Shown: in pieces, positions 47,542-59,700 of the stretch | Position numbering within the stretch: the first letter of the stretch is position 1 | Layout: the number at the start of each line of letters is the position of its first letter | The notes under the pieces: generated by a model | Seen by the model: the letters and a program-made list of their open reading frames with translations, nothing else | What the model was told of the DNA's origin: nothing | The model's database searches: none | From: Ramazzottius varieornatus | Lineage: Eukaryota > Animalia > Tardigrada | Reading direction: 5' to 3' | DNA length: 64,000 nucleotides | Assembly: GCA_001949185.1 (NCBI GenBank) | Contig: BDGG01000008.1 | Coordinates: forward strand, 1,962,761 to 2,026,760 | Translations under genes and position numbers: made by a program

Positions 47542-50500
47542 ATGGACCTCACAAAATGTCTGCCTCTCGAAAGTATCTTCTCTTTACAGTTTCTGTTGCT
47601 GTCTCCTTTCACAGCACCGAGAGGTCACGGTAGTAAACGGTACCTATCGACCAGTAAATTGGGTTTCAAGACAGTTGTTCCGTTGATCTGGTTTACACTT
47701 GGTGTCATCTATGTTTTGGGAGCCTGGGGTTTTGGTGCTTACGACCTAATCTTTGTTCTGCAGAATGTTTTTGGAATCAAACGATCAATCGGTCTGCATA
47801 ACGTGATCGCTATCTTGCCGGATATCGCTGTCAGCTGGCGTGGTCCTCTGGTTTTAAGCATATTTCTCTTCCAATCTCCAAAATTATACCATCTATCACG
47901 TACTCACATCCCCAACAGTCTGACGTTCAGGTCTGAGAAGATCCAGAAATGGACAAGGCTAAGTCGTGTGGCGTTGCTTGTAACGGTGTTACTGCTCGCA
48001 ACAGAAGAGCTACCGTTCGCAGTGATGAATGTGATATGGACTGTGCAAGCAGCAACGGCAGACGTTAACGGAACCCGGCATGATGATCCACTGGCGCCGC
48101 CCAATCCGGTCCTGACAATCTCTCGTCGCACAGGTTTTCGAATGACCTTCCGTGTGCTATCGCATGTTTTGGCGGATCAAGTAATGGTCTTACTGGGTCT
48201 TTGGGCTTTGATGATAGTGGACCTCCTGCGGTCCATCAACACGAAGTTACAGTCAATGGAGGAAACAAAATGTGACTCGCTGAAAGTGTCTACGCAGTGT
48301 GACTTGATGGGAACTTTGATGGAACGGTACGAGGACGTGCGCGATCTTTGGGAAAAGATCAACAGTTCCTTCATGCTGCTACATGGCGTCGCTTATGGGT
48401 CAGACGTGACAGCCATGCTAGGCTACGTGATATCGGGTATCGGATCTCTTTCGCCGAAAAAGCAGCAGGAACTGAGCATACCATTTGGCGTGTTATTCTT
48501 AAGTCAAGCCGTCAGCGTGAGCTTTCGAATCTTGATTATGAGTCTGCCGCTGATTATGGTCTACGAAGAGGTGAGATATCTCTTCGCAGTTTACACTCCA
48601 CCACTGCATGGTTCCAATAACATTCACATCAGAGTACGCAATGTTACTTATAGGACCGAGCACTTTCAAACCGGATCCTTAAGGTAAAGGTGCGGAAGTC
48701 CATTGAAACAGTGTCATCCCCTATGGTACGTATGTCTGTATATACGATGAGAACGTACTGCGTACGCCTCTTCATCGTATATGGGCGGCCGGAACGGCAA
48801 AAATGAGGTTGGTAGTCTTCGAGCCTGTTCAGACGTTGCGTACTTTTAGACTGGGAAATTTTATCATTAAATCGATCAAATTTGCCAGTCTTAAAATAAG
48901 CAGGCTCTGAACCTGGTCGCAGACAGGCTCCCTATGGAATTTCACTAGTCCATGACTAGTAAAATTTACCAGTCTAAAAAAACGCAGGCTCTAAACAGGC
49001 TCGACAAGCATTTCCGTAATTCTGACCAAATTACAAGACTGCATGTCGAACCTGTTTACACTTTTACACAAGTGTGCGACTTGCAGGTGCNNNNNNNNNN
49101 NNNNNNNNNNNNNNNNNNNNNNNNNNNNNNNNNNNNNNNNATTTTACTAGTCATGGACTAGTGAAATTCCATAGGGAGCCTGTCTGCGACCAGGTTCAGA
49201 GCCTGCTTGTTTTCAGACTGGCAAATTTTATCGATTTAACATTACCGACATTAATTTGCCACCGCCAGATGAAAGTCTCACTGTAGCTAAGATGAGTTGC
49301 AACGTCACTCATAAGCGCAGCAGCTGATCAGAACTTTGAATAGTTGGGCAGCCACCATGCTTCCCAATGTTAGCCAACCGTAACTCCGATTACGCTATTT
49401 TTCGAAAATAAGGGGACCTTTGGAAAGCAGAATGTAGTTACGCGTCACGAAACGGGCGGAGCAAGGCCGTAGCTACAGTTGCAAAGTGAACGGGAGTGGC
49501 AACTTAATCTCTATATTGATAAAACTGCCCAGTCTATTAATAAAAATAAGCAAGGTCTGAAGAGGCTCGAAGACTACCAACCTCATTTTCGCCGTTCCGG
49601 CCGCCCATAATCGTAGCCATCGCCATGCAATGAAATACGCTCAGATACCATTGCGGCCACAAACGTGGAGACACGGCAAATCAAACAATCAAAACTGACC
49701 ATATGATGTGACGTCACGACAATCAAAAGCCTTGATCAACGTTCCCGGTTCAGTCAGCTGTTTCAGGCGTTACTGGTGTTCCTTTGTGATACCGGAAGTC
49801 TTTCTGTGATCTCTTTTGTGATATCCACAGCTACCTCTGACATAGTGTTATCTAATAGAGGTTGCGATCATGGTTAGTGACGCGGTGATTTAGATTCGAG
49901 AGAGCGCTTTCGAATAAAGTTCAGTAAAACTTTTGATTCAATACCGCCCCGAACTCCGCCTTTGTTTTGATTGATTGAATTGCCATGTCTCCACGTTCGT
50001 GGCCGCAATGGTGCAACACCCATGTACATAGTGCCTAATACTGTAATTAACCCTGTACGAATCTCGTGCAGGGTCGTCAGGGCTGTCATCTGGAAAGCCT
50101 AATCACCACTCTGGAAAGGAGAGCTGACGCTTCTCCGCTGATGTTTCACATCATGAATATATTTTATGTTACCAGAGCATTTGTTCTGACGGTAAAAGCG
50201 AACCCACTAGTGTCAGGGTCGACTTCCCTCTGGGGTGATCCTAGTCTGGGCGAAGAACTACAGCGTACTCGTACAGTCCGGCCACTCGAAATCCGTGCAC
50301 GTAAGACGAGATATGATATCACGGGCCACTACAAATTATGGGATAGGCGGAAAGGACGGCGAAATGGAAATTCGACCGTAGAAAAGTGTCGAAAAATGTA
50401 TTACTGTGAATCGGTCGCGTACCTACGTGCTCCCGCACCGCCGTGGCGAAAAGGCCTGTACCATGATTTCTCGTCCTGCGTGTGCGGATTACGAGCGAGA

Positions 50501-50606
50501 GACTGTACTGCCAAACGAAGTCGCTAATCAATACTTCCTGTCCTTGCAGACGTTCACATTGGTGGCGACTTTCACCTTAGTTTCTCTGGAGCTTTTCAAT
50601 CGTTAG
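47542..50606 (+). CDS. Gustatory receptor-like chemoreceptor (7tm_7 superfamily), about 425 aa; exons 47542-48570, 48654-48725, 50072-50191, 50550-50606
   Basis: Long multi-TM first exon plus three C-terminal phase-0 introns typical of Grs. C-terminus PLMFHIMNIFYVTRAFVLT|TFTLVATFTLVSLELF resembles the Gr TM7 signature. Confidence 0.8.
48780..49609. mobile_element. Non-autonomous TIR element with TAT...ATA termini and 6-bp TSD (IS3EU-like)
   Basis: About 55-bp TIR TATGGGCGGCCGGAACGGCAAAAATGAGGTTGGTAGTCTTCGAGCCT; TSD ATCGTA (48774-48779, 49610-49615). An inner about 95-bp inverted repeat flanks the N-gap. Confidence 0.75.
49091..49140. other. Assembly gap (50 N)
   Basis: Run of n characters inside a foldback region. 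Confidence 1.
49648..50011. mobile_element. MITE (364 bp) in a Gr intron
   Basis: About 48-bp TIR CCATTGCGGCCACAAACGTGGAGACACGGCAAATCAAACAATCAAAAC mirrored at 49964-50011; TA on the left flank. Confidence 0.75.
50274..50505. mobile_element. Family A MITE (50298-50482) nested in a tiny CAGTC-ended, TA-flanked element
   Basis: Inner copy is homologous to 8815-9011. Outer arms CAGTCCGGCCACTCGAAATCCG / CGGATTACGAGCGAGAGACTG have TA flanks. Confidence 0.65.
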
Positions 50607-51991
50607 TCACATCTGCTTAGGCCCACAGCGCTTCAAATACGCGCTCATCAGTGCCGCGCGTAAGGTATGATGCGCTCTTATTATAGCGAATAGCACTTAG
50701 CGTCCGCTGGCCCTAGATCGTCTCATGTATCCTTCTCGCTAAAGGCATATCCTTTGTCGATTGATGCTTTGCGCTTGTATCGCTCCTGTACATCGGAAAT
50801 GGCTGCAGACATTTCCGCTTTGACAGCTGACAAACTTCATGTTGGTTTTTGACGAGGAACCACGAGTAAATTTACCCATATTTAGTTGCCCATAACCTTC
50901 TGGAATGAAAGACAAACACAAAACGCGCCCTTGCTTCGCCGTCGCGTATTAAGGATAAATCGATGTTTTTGATCATAAGTTACAATTGGATCCTACCCCG
51001 CAAACACATAGAGAAGGAGCTTTAGCTCTCACGTGACCAAAAACAAACCAAACCTAGACATGCCCAAATTGCAGCCCTAGGGCTGGCTTTTCAAGGCGAA
51101 CAATACTTCTGCTGATGATGTCATCGAAAAACCACGCTGTCAGGCGATAAGACCACAACTGTTTGGACAATCCAACAATAACCAACAAATGCTCCACAAA
51201 ACCCAAACGCACAGCAGTATTCTAACCAGCCCAGCGAGCCACCTGAACAAGTACCTGGGATGCACTGACATCCAGCACCCACCAGTGATCTTCATGAGGC
51301 TCGAGCTAGTTGTCGTACAAGAAGCCTACTGGTGGCCATCTGGTCGACGCCGCAGCCCTGGCGGATCCAGAGCACGGAGGCGGTGAAGCCGCCGGAGTGC
51401 GATGCGGCAGGGGTTACAGGCGGGCGCAGCCCCCTGTTGTGACAATGAATTGAGCGACATCGTCATTCAGCACTGTCCAGTGCTGCAGACGAGTCTCGAG
51501 GTAGCGGCTCCAGAGTGTTTTGGCTCTCCGACCTTCAGGCCTTCAGAGCCTTGAAGAGTGTTTTGGCTCTCCGACCTTTAGACCCTCAGAGGAGCGCTGT
51601 CTCGAACTTGGGTTCAGGTCGAGACAACGCGGCTAACTTCCTGTTTGTTTCTATTCCGTTATGAGGTTAAGTTCTTTAAATTTTCGCATGGGTTGGTGCT
51701 CATGAGGGAGGTTATGGGTCAGCTACCCCAGCATGCTGTGGTTGCTCTTAGTTTGCGCTCGTCGAGCCGGGAAACGTGCTGATATAATCATGCTCTCGTA
51801 CTTTGCAGTTCTTCCGGATTATTTCTTGATATGTGTCACCTCTGTAGCTACTGCGACAACTCGCGTTTTCGTTTTTCTTCATTGTAGGCAGATGATTCCT
51901 TTCCATCCCGCATGACACCGGTACCTTGAGCTTCAAGGCCGTACATACACTGTTGAAAATGCATTCCTTCCGAAATTCGCGCGGTCTTATA

Positions 51992-52119
51992 CACTGACGA
52001 GCTGCTGTACTTCGCCTACCAAAACTGATTGGCTTGAATGCTGCTGGACAATCACGACTGATTGATCGTTCGACACTACTGTGAGTTTGTGCTAGGCGAA
52101 GTACTGCAGCTCTTCAGTG
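51992..52119. mobile_element. 128-bp MITE with 8-bp TSD
   Basis: TIR CACTGACGAGCTGCTGTACTTCGCCTA / TAGGCGAAGTACTGCAGCTCTTCAGTG; TSD GTCTTATA. Confidence 0.8.
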
Positions 52120-52127
52120 GTCTTATA

Positions 52128-52248
52128 CTGTAATGCTTCATGAACTTCGCGAAGTGACGTCATAGTTCGCGTAGGGTTTACGGGTATGATGACGCATACA
52201 CCACTCGATCACAATGACGTAATTCGCGGAGTTCATGAAGCATTACAG
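52128..52248. mobile_element. 121-bp TA-flanked MITE
   Basis: TIR CTGTAATGCTTCATGAACTTCGCGAA / TTCGCGGAGTTCATGAAGCATTACAG. Confidence 0.8.
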
Positions 52249-52250
52249 TA

Positions 52251-53518
52251 CAGTCCGTACCTCGTTACCACTTAATCGAAAAATTCCTGTACGCTCAAAA
52301 ACGAAAGCATCAGAATTATCAGATCTCTGGGTGATCCCCCTTGGCCAGCATCGTTTGAACACGACTTTCCCAGAAGAAAAGCGCACAGCGGATGACTCCG
52401 AGGTCAAAGTTGGGGCACACCTTTTGAAGAACCTTGTTCAAACCAGCGATGGTGGTAACCTTCCGTTCGCCTAAAATGTTCTTCAAAATTGCGTTTATGC
52501 CGTAATCAACGGAGCTAAGACAGGGCTGTTGGTCATTCAATGGTGATTCGGAATGTACAGCGGGTGGTTCTCTTTCATCCAGTTTTGGGTCAGAATCGTG
52601 GTGTGGGACTTGGCACTGTGGAAATGCACCACGATTTACTGCCGATTTTTGGGGTGAAGTCGGGGAACGTCATTTTCCACCATCGGCGACAGCACGTTAT
52701 CGATAGAATACTGCGTTGTGACTTTCGCATCGCCATCAACGACGTAGGGCTTCGACATTCCGTTCCACGAGATTACAATAGCGAGCATAATCTTTTTCGG
52801 CCAGTGCTTCATCGGCTTTTTGCGCCAGTCGTCGGGAACTTCCAGAAACTCATCCGTGTAGTAATATTCTCCTTCGCTTTTGGAATCATCTAGGGTGATC
52901 CAGGTCTCGTCCATGGTGGAGATTTTCTTGACTTTATTGCGTCTGATGTACTCGATAAAAATTTCCCCGCGCTCGTACCTCTGTTTCTTCTGCGCTTCGT
53001 TGAGGTGATGAACTTTCTTCTTTTTCCGCACGTCCAGTCCTAGATCCTGATGGATGATCTTACTTACGGTGTCGAGGGAACATCTGAGCTTACGAGCGCT
53101 GAGAGTCCGGTTCTTTTTCAGCACGGCTTTCTTGACCTTTCTGATGTTGTATTTGGTACGTACCAAAGAGAGGTTTGGCGGAGGCAGTCGTCTTGCATGT
53201 TTGGCCCATCCAACTTCTTTGGTTTCTTCTTCTCTGATCAGCTTGCCAATCGTTTTGTAATGGATGGGATTCTCGAGGCTTAAAGTTGTTCAGAAATTCT
53301 CTTGTAGGATAAACGTTGACTATGCAGTGCGATGACTGCAGCCTTTGTTTCAGAACTAGTTTCCAAAACCATTTTGAAAGCAGACTTAACAACTGATACC
53401 TCAGAAGATGTGGCATTGAAAATGGATCACGAAGTCAGCTGAGATGAGAGGAATACTATTACAGGGAATTCTGTTTACAGCCAAGTTCAAGTGGTAGCGA
53501 TGTGGTCCGAACGGACTG
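52251..53518 (-). mobile_element. Decayed Tc1/mariner-superfamily transposon, DD37D (maT-like) transposase pseudogene
   Basis: Termini CAGTCCGT / ACGGACTG with TA TSD. HTH region IIHQDL..KVHHL; first Asp in STMDETW; second site HF(H)SAKSH; 37 residues to a frameshifted SPVLAPL-DYG. Contains stops and frameshifts. Confidence 0.85.
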
Positions 53519-53999
53519 TAACATTAATCAATGGTAACTGACGTCCCGTGACCACCGGAAGAGATGCTTTTTCAGCAATGTAGGTCTTAGGTTATGCCTC
53601 AGAGTCAACTGTAGTACATATTTCGTGCGTAGATTGAAGGTTCTCCAGCTCATTGTCGTGAGAATTTGTACTAGCAGACTATAGTCAACAGACGTGCTGC
53701 TCGGTGACTGAAAGATCGAGCGACAAACGGTTGTAAAAGTTCAAATATTGCCGCGTAATTGAGCTAGGAAGCACCCGTCTTATCGTTCAGAATACCACTC
53801 ATTTGAATGTCTATTACGATGTGTCATGCAGGATCGAGTGTCACGAGTGATTAACTTGAATTGCTTGGTACTTTTTCTCCAAGAATTCATTCCTTTAGCT
53901 TCACAATTACTGTATGCATAACTGCAACACCAACCGAAGTCATGTTTGTGCTTGAATTACACTACAAACCTGAATTTCTTGTTAACCAACACACCATTT

Positions 54000-55620
54000 C
54001 TGGAACTGCAACAATCCCATGCGGGAAAGCGGGTTCTTGATTCTAGTGCTTGTGTTTTATCTCACGTGCCCTGGATAATGGCGAAATAGGCTACAAGAGC
54101 ACGTTTTTTGCAGATCAAGTTCAAACTCGACATCTTGATCTGTGGATCTTTGACGTATACTTCGAAGAACCAGAACTCAAGCATGCTCGACAACCGCAAA
54201 TTCTCGCTCACCGATCAGAACACCCCTTACGGCTCAAGACGTCACGGCTGGGGCGTCTCTCTACATCAACACAGAGTTCGGGTTAAGGAGAACATGTCTC
54301 CTTCACTCCCGGTTCGCTCAGGTGTGCCGCAGGGATCAACACTTGGTCCCCTGCATTTTTCGACGTAACTTAACTCCCTAGTGAAGAAGTACGGGAACGA
54401 TGAAAAAGGCAAGATCGGGAGCTTCATTATGGCACTGTGATAGCCAGGAAGAAGCCGTGACTGGACTGAACCGCATGCCGCAAAATAGTCCTCCTCAAGA
54501 CGAGCTGTTTATGTCGCAAACGGTTGATTGAAAATTTGAGTTTGCTTGATCAACGGAAATTAGTCGTGAGTGAGGCAAAACTGCGTTTTTCGAAAGTCTC
54601 GGAAATGGGAGCGGAAATGCGCGAGTTTTGCGGGGTAGGTTTGTAGACAAACTTTGCCTCCTGACTAGGCTGGAATTCATGGTTTTCTCTCTGGCTATTC
54701 TCTGTCTGTCGGTATCCCCGACACTAATAGGTATCAAGAAGCCCATAGGTGAAACGGTATCTCGCAACGTGAAGCATTGTGCAGACAGAGATCAGCTGAG
54801 AAATGAAAATTTGGAATTTTGAGTCATGTTTGCAGAGAATAATCCGTTTTCGGTTTCCAGATAAGCTACTCGAGGGCTGCTTATCTTGAAAGCGAAACTT
54901 CGTAATCCACTTTCACACAATTAACGGAGTTTTACGACCTGTCGTGAGGAGGACTAATGTGTCGAGCTGGTTCACGGCGGTATACCTTCCGTTGAACGAG
55001 AAGAAAACCGTAGCGATGCCAATACGGGGCCGCAGAAAGTCAGCTGACGGTAATCCGCTGGATTTCGAAGACCAGCAAGTCCACAATCCCATGGTCATCC
55101 AGCACGGTACCTGGGCGTGATGGTCGAGCAGCACCTCACGTGGAAGGATTAATCCAGAAGACCGCCAAGAGCGTTACCTTTGGGATACCCTAGCTGAACA
55201 GAGCAAAGGCTGATCGTTCCATCACACAGCGCGTAAACCTGTACCACCGCATTATCGCGCCGCACTTCGACTACTACCCACCGGGGCTTCGCCCGTCTCG
55301 CCATAACCATGTAAGACCTCGCTGGAGGTCCTGTGTGTCAAGCCTCGCGATCACTGACTACCAAAAGGCTGCTCGGCGAGAAACCATGAAGCGACTTGCC
55401 ACAGCCCTGTGATGGAAAGGTGGCGAAGACATCTGGCGACCTAGCTTGACAAGACCATGACCCAGCTGCTCCGAATATCCCGCAGTGCGTGAAAGATCTC
55501 GTCGAATTCAAAACCATCGGCGCCCAAAATCTCCGACAACCCAGTCTCATCACGACGTCAGCAACTACAAAGACAGGTGAAACCACTCTAGCCTTCCGTC
55601 CGATACAGCAGTCAGCGCGT
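54000..55620 (+). mobile_element. Degraded non-LTR retrotransposon (LINE) reverse transcriptase relic; boundaries approximate
   Basis: RVRV..S....V.SGVPQGSTLGPLHF (RT motif); later YLGVMVEQHLTWKD and LYHRIIAPHFDY in broken frames. Confidence 0.75.
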
Positions 55621-55699
55621 GGTCTGAAAAACTTCAGTGGGTGAACTTGTTGAGAATCTAGGACCCCACACGAAAAGTCTTGTGGCTTGCATTAGTAAT

Positions 55700-56355
55700 C
55701 GAGAGAAAGGTTAATTGCTGGACTAGCCACTAGCCACTTCCGTCGACACAATACGCACGCGACGTTCCGTTCCAATAGCGATCATGACATTCTTAGGCCA
55801 GTGTTTCACCGACTTTTCTTCCATTTGTCCGGAACTGTACCATGCCTTCGCCCATGTGGTGTGGTAGGTATCTTTCGTCGAGTTGAAATCGCCAAGGGTT
55901 AATCTAGGTTGTATCCATCGTGAATATCATTCTGCTCTTGAACATGACGCAGATACGAGATAAAAATTGCCTCCGCTCATACCGTTGTTTCTTCTGAGCT
56001 TCTGTCAAATGGTGTACCTTTTCTCCCTCACCTCTAGGTGCAAATCCTGATGGATAATCCGATGCACAGACGTTAAGGGAAGCCCGAGCTTTCTTCCAGT
56101 TTTTCGCTAGATTTCTTGGCTTCTGTTATAGTCGCCTTTGTGAGTACAGATGGCAGGCTTTGCGGACTGTCTTTTCTGTGGTTCCGTCACTCCATTCTGC
56201 TTCGGCTGGTATTTGGCGTAAGTGCGTTTCATGGTCTTCAAGCAGATGGCAATATTAAGCCTGTGAAGTCGGTCGGTGATTTCAAGAAAGGTGAGTTGTT
56301 CCGCGCAAAGTGAGACTTTCGTCGCTTTCGTCTTCGGATCCATTTCCGCTGGCAT
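55700..56355 (-). pseudogene. Second, more degraded maT-like transposase fragment
   Basis: VHRIIHQDLHL..KVHHLTEAQKKQRYER, IFTMD and WNGTSRAYCVDG match the 52251-53518 transposase. Confidence 0.75.
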
Positions 56356-56764
56356 TTTCCACGAAAGTCACATACAAAGGAAAATGTAAAAGTAGTGGAT
56401 CAAAACGCAGAAAGAATTGAACCGGTAGCACAAAAACTAGATTTTTGGTGGATGAAAATAAACGCGGGGACAACTTGGCTGGAACTTGACTTGCTCTTGA
56501 CTTCCGTGTTCACGAGGCGATCACTCGGTCGCACCAAGCAGGGAAATACCAGACAACTTTGATAAAACCGAAAACTTAAACCATCCGTCTCGTACTACAA
56601 ATCTCATCGGAAGACTAACAAAACATCTCGAAGAGAACTCTCAGCACATATCGCTTCACACAAGAAGCTCGATATTCACGGAAAAAAGAGATTAGCAACC
56701 CATGATCCTGAAATAAAAGTATCCACTTGTGCGTCTCAAAGAAGATCCATCCATCTTCCATCTC

Positions 56765-59700
56765 TTACAGCGAAGGTCGAACAATCGGACTGCAAAGCGA
56801 AAGAACTTCATGGTGACCAGTTCAGTGGTACGTAAGGTGAAGACATGTCCACCTACCTGTGCTGGAAGTCTGGTTCGCTCGAGTACGCTCCTTCTTTCGG
56901 TGTACTCTGTCGATTCACGTCCCGCCTACCCATGCTGCCCAGCCTTTCTCTCCTTTTCGAAGTCGACAACGACCTCGGTCGCGGCAGTTCCATGTCCCCC
57001 AATATCTCACTATCTCTCTCCCCTTTACCTTTTTCGTCGGCTTGTGCCTGCGACTCAAGTATCACATTTGGGTCGAACGTCGACGCTAACTCCTTCATAC
57101 TATCCGTCGTCGTCGTCGTCGTGTTCAGCGGATGTGGGAGACTGTGAGCTGTCCGGAGTAACGTCTCCTCTATCCTTGTATGATCAGTCAGCGGAGTATT
57201 CAATGCACTCTCGGAAGCCGAAGCAGACCCGACGCCCATAGCTTGCTGTATGATACTTCCGCGTTTCTCTACGCGAAGAATCCTACGGTAGACCTGCCCG
57301 ACGACCACTAGGATACACAGCATTACCGGACCGAAAACAGCACCTTCGAGACCCATTGCAATGATGCCACCGGCTACACTCAACCCGAACAAGTATGGAT
57401 GAGCCCTGAAACGAAGAGACCAAGTTGGCTGGGAGCTGCGCAGCAAAATTAACCATCCAAAGTGGCGCACAATTTCAGTGGTTAGGCTGCAGGAGTGCGC
57501 CACTCCGGAAACTTTACTAGATCCTTGTTCTGAGCGGCGCAGGTTTCCGGTGCTCGTGGCTGGAAGCGTGCGTCACTTGGAAAGGCGATCTAGTTGAGTT
57601 AGTTTGATATCTTTCGTAACGCGTTCGCGGTGGTGGTGTTAGGCAGACTTACGTTTTGACGTCGCCGTAGATGGCGATATCGACAAACATGCTGGGCGTG
57701 ATGGCGAACCCAACAAGAAGGATAGCCGCGATGTATTCCCCTCGGAGGAACCATAGTTCACACAGAGCTGGAATGCAGACGACGTAAGGCGGAACGAGCG
57801 GGCAGACGGCCAGCATGGAAGCGATAACCGACGGGATGAACTTGACGTAGACACCGAAGAGGGATAACAGGACCCAGGTGAAGAAGCCGTAAAACGCTGC
57901 CATCTTGAAAGACGCCGCGAAAATATCACTGCGAAATTTTTTACATTATCCCCATCCAATGAAGAGAGCGGAATAAACCGCACCTGATAGTTTGTTCGAT
58001 GATGTCGCCGACATGAGCCACTTCGTCAATCGACGGACTGACCACGGCCACGATGTCCAGTGGTCGGTACCGGTCTTTGCTGGAGCAGAGGAGGTAATAG
58101 AGCGCCGCGATGAAGACAAGCTAAACGAGGGAAAAAGTAGTCAGCTCGAGCCCGTGATTCCAACATATCATTTCCATCAACAGAAGTCGAGAAAGCTGCG
58201 TAGTATGGAAATACAGGGTGATCACGCCAAGTGACTACCACCTCATGATATTTATGGCGCTCTCGACTGCGCGTGGGTTGGTACTCAGAACTATTTTTTC
58301 TTAATTTAATATGCTGCATTCTGAAAAAACCTGGCCAGAAAGAATCTCTGTACGTAGTCGAAATTCGTCCTGAGACCAGAGAGGGTGGAACCTCGTACCT
58401 GCTCCGGAGCGAACTTTTCACTGTTTCCCTCATCGGAAAAAAAACTGATCTTCTCTCTTCTGCACTTTTGAGCCAGAAGTGCCGACCACAGATTGTTCAA
58501 CAGTAGTCTGGCTTCCGAGAAAAATATAATGCTCTTCTGCACCACTTGCTGATTCATTGATACAACTGCTGTGGCGAAACTGAGCAAAAATACAGGGTGC
58601 GCGCCTGAAAACAAGGTTTCTCGAAATGGTCTGGGTTTTTTCCCGGTAAGTAAAAGCATAAACAGAAAGCCAAATCATTTATCTCTCTGAATCCGAATCA
58701 CTATTGGACATACTTGGGAAAACTTGAGTGGGAGAAGGCTTTTCGCGAGAAAGTAGGTTCGCAAGAATCGGCAACTTTTCAAGATTTTGAGAGAATTTCA
58801 CAAAACCCTCATCCAGTTGACTGACAAGGCCTTGCAATTCGGACACCCAATAGACTTAGTCCAAGGACAGAGCTACACGACCAGCGGTTGTAAGTGCAGA
58901 CTGTTGGGTTGCAACATAAGTTTCAATTTTTTCCACGAGGAGTGGTTTCCCCGCAAAATGATCAAATTCGACGATCTTTATTCGTTTATCAGGTTAGCTT
59001 GACTTTCTTGCGATCTTCTTTATTTTCTGATAAGAACCGGGATAGTTAGGCCTCCGTTAAAATTAGATTGGGGAGGCATACTCGCGCATGAAGTTCTAGA
59101 GTATCGGTTTACTCCTGCCGAAAAATCTTCCTCACCGGATGTCATTCCAATCGACTTTTCCAACCATGGTCTCAATTCTTGCAAACGAGATATGTCTCAG
59201 CGAAAGCAGCGTGAAAAGCTGCACGAATTATGTGGAGGGAGGAAAGAAAACCAGACAGTCTGAAGTTTTTCTGCGCCAAAGTACCAGGTGGTAGTCACTT
59301 GGCGTGATCACCCTGTAGGACTTCTACTGTCAGACTCAAATGGACACCTCGCAGGCATTTCTGACATTTCCTACGGCTGTTTGTGTACTCCATGTATTTG
59401 ATCATTTACGTCTTGAAACTCACCCCACAGAAAATGAAATGGACCAAAGCAGAGAAGTACAAGAACAAAATGGAGAGAATCGTCGTCACCAGCGAGAAGA
59501 CCATCGCGAAGTTTCCCTTTCCCACCGCATAGATCGACTCCACAACCTTCAAACAAAAGCAAGCAGACTCGACGACATATTCCACAGTTACCACAAGAGA
59601 CTCGCCGTACTGTACCTACCGATTTGATATTTTCCATATTCTCCGCAAAGTACGACCGCAAGTTCGACCAGTCCAGCGCCCCCGCCGCCTTATGCCACGT

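Noticed and set aside
57459-57579. Hairpin repeats with spacers as a CRISPR array
   Set aside because: Only two degenerate units, inside a spliceosomal intron, with no cas genes.
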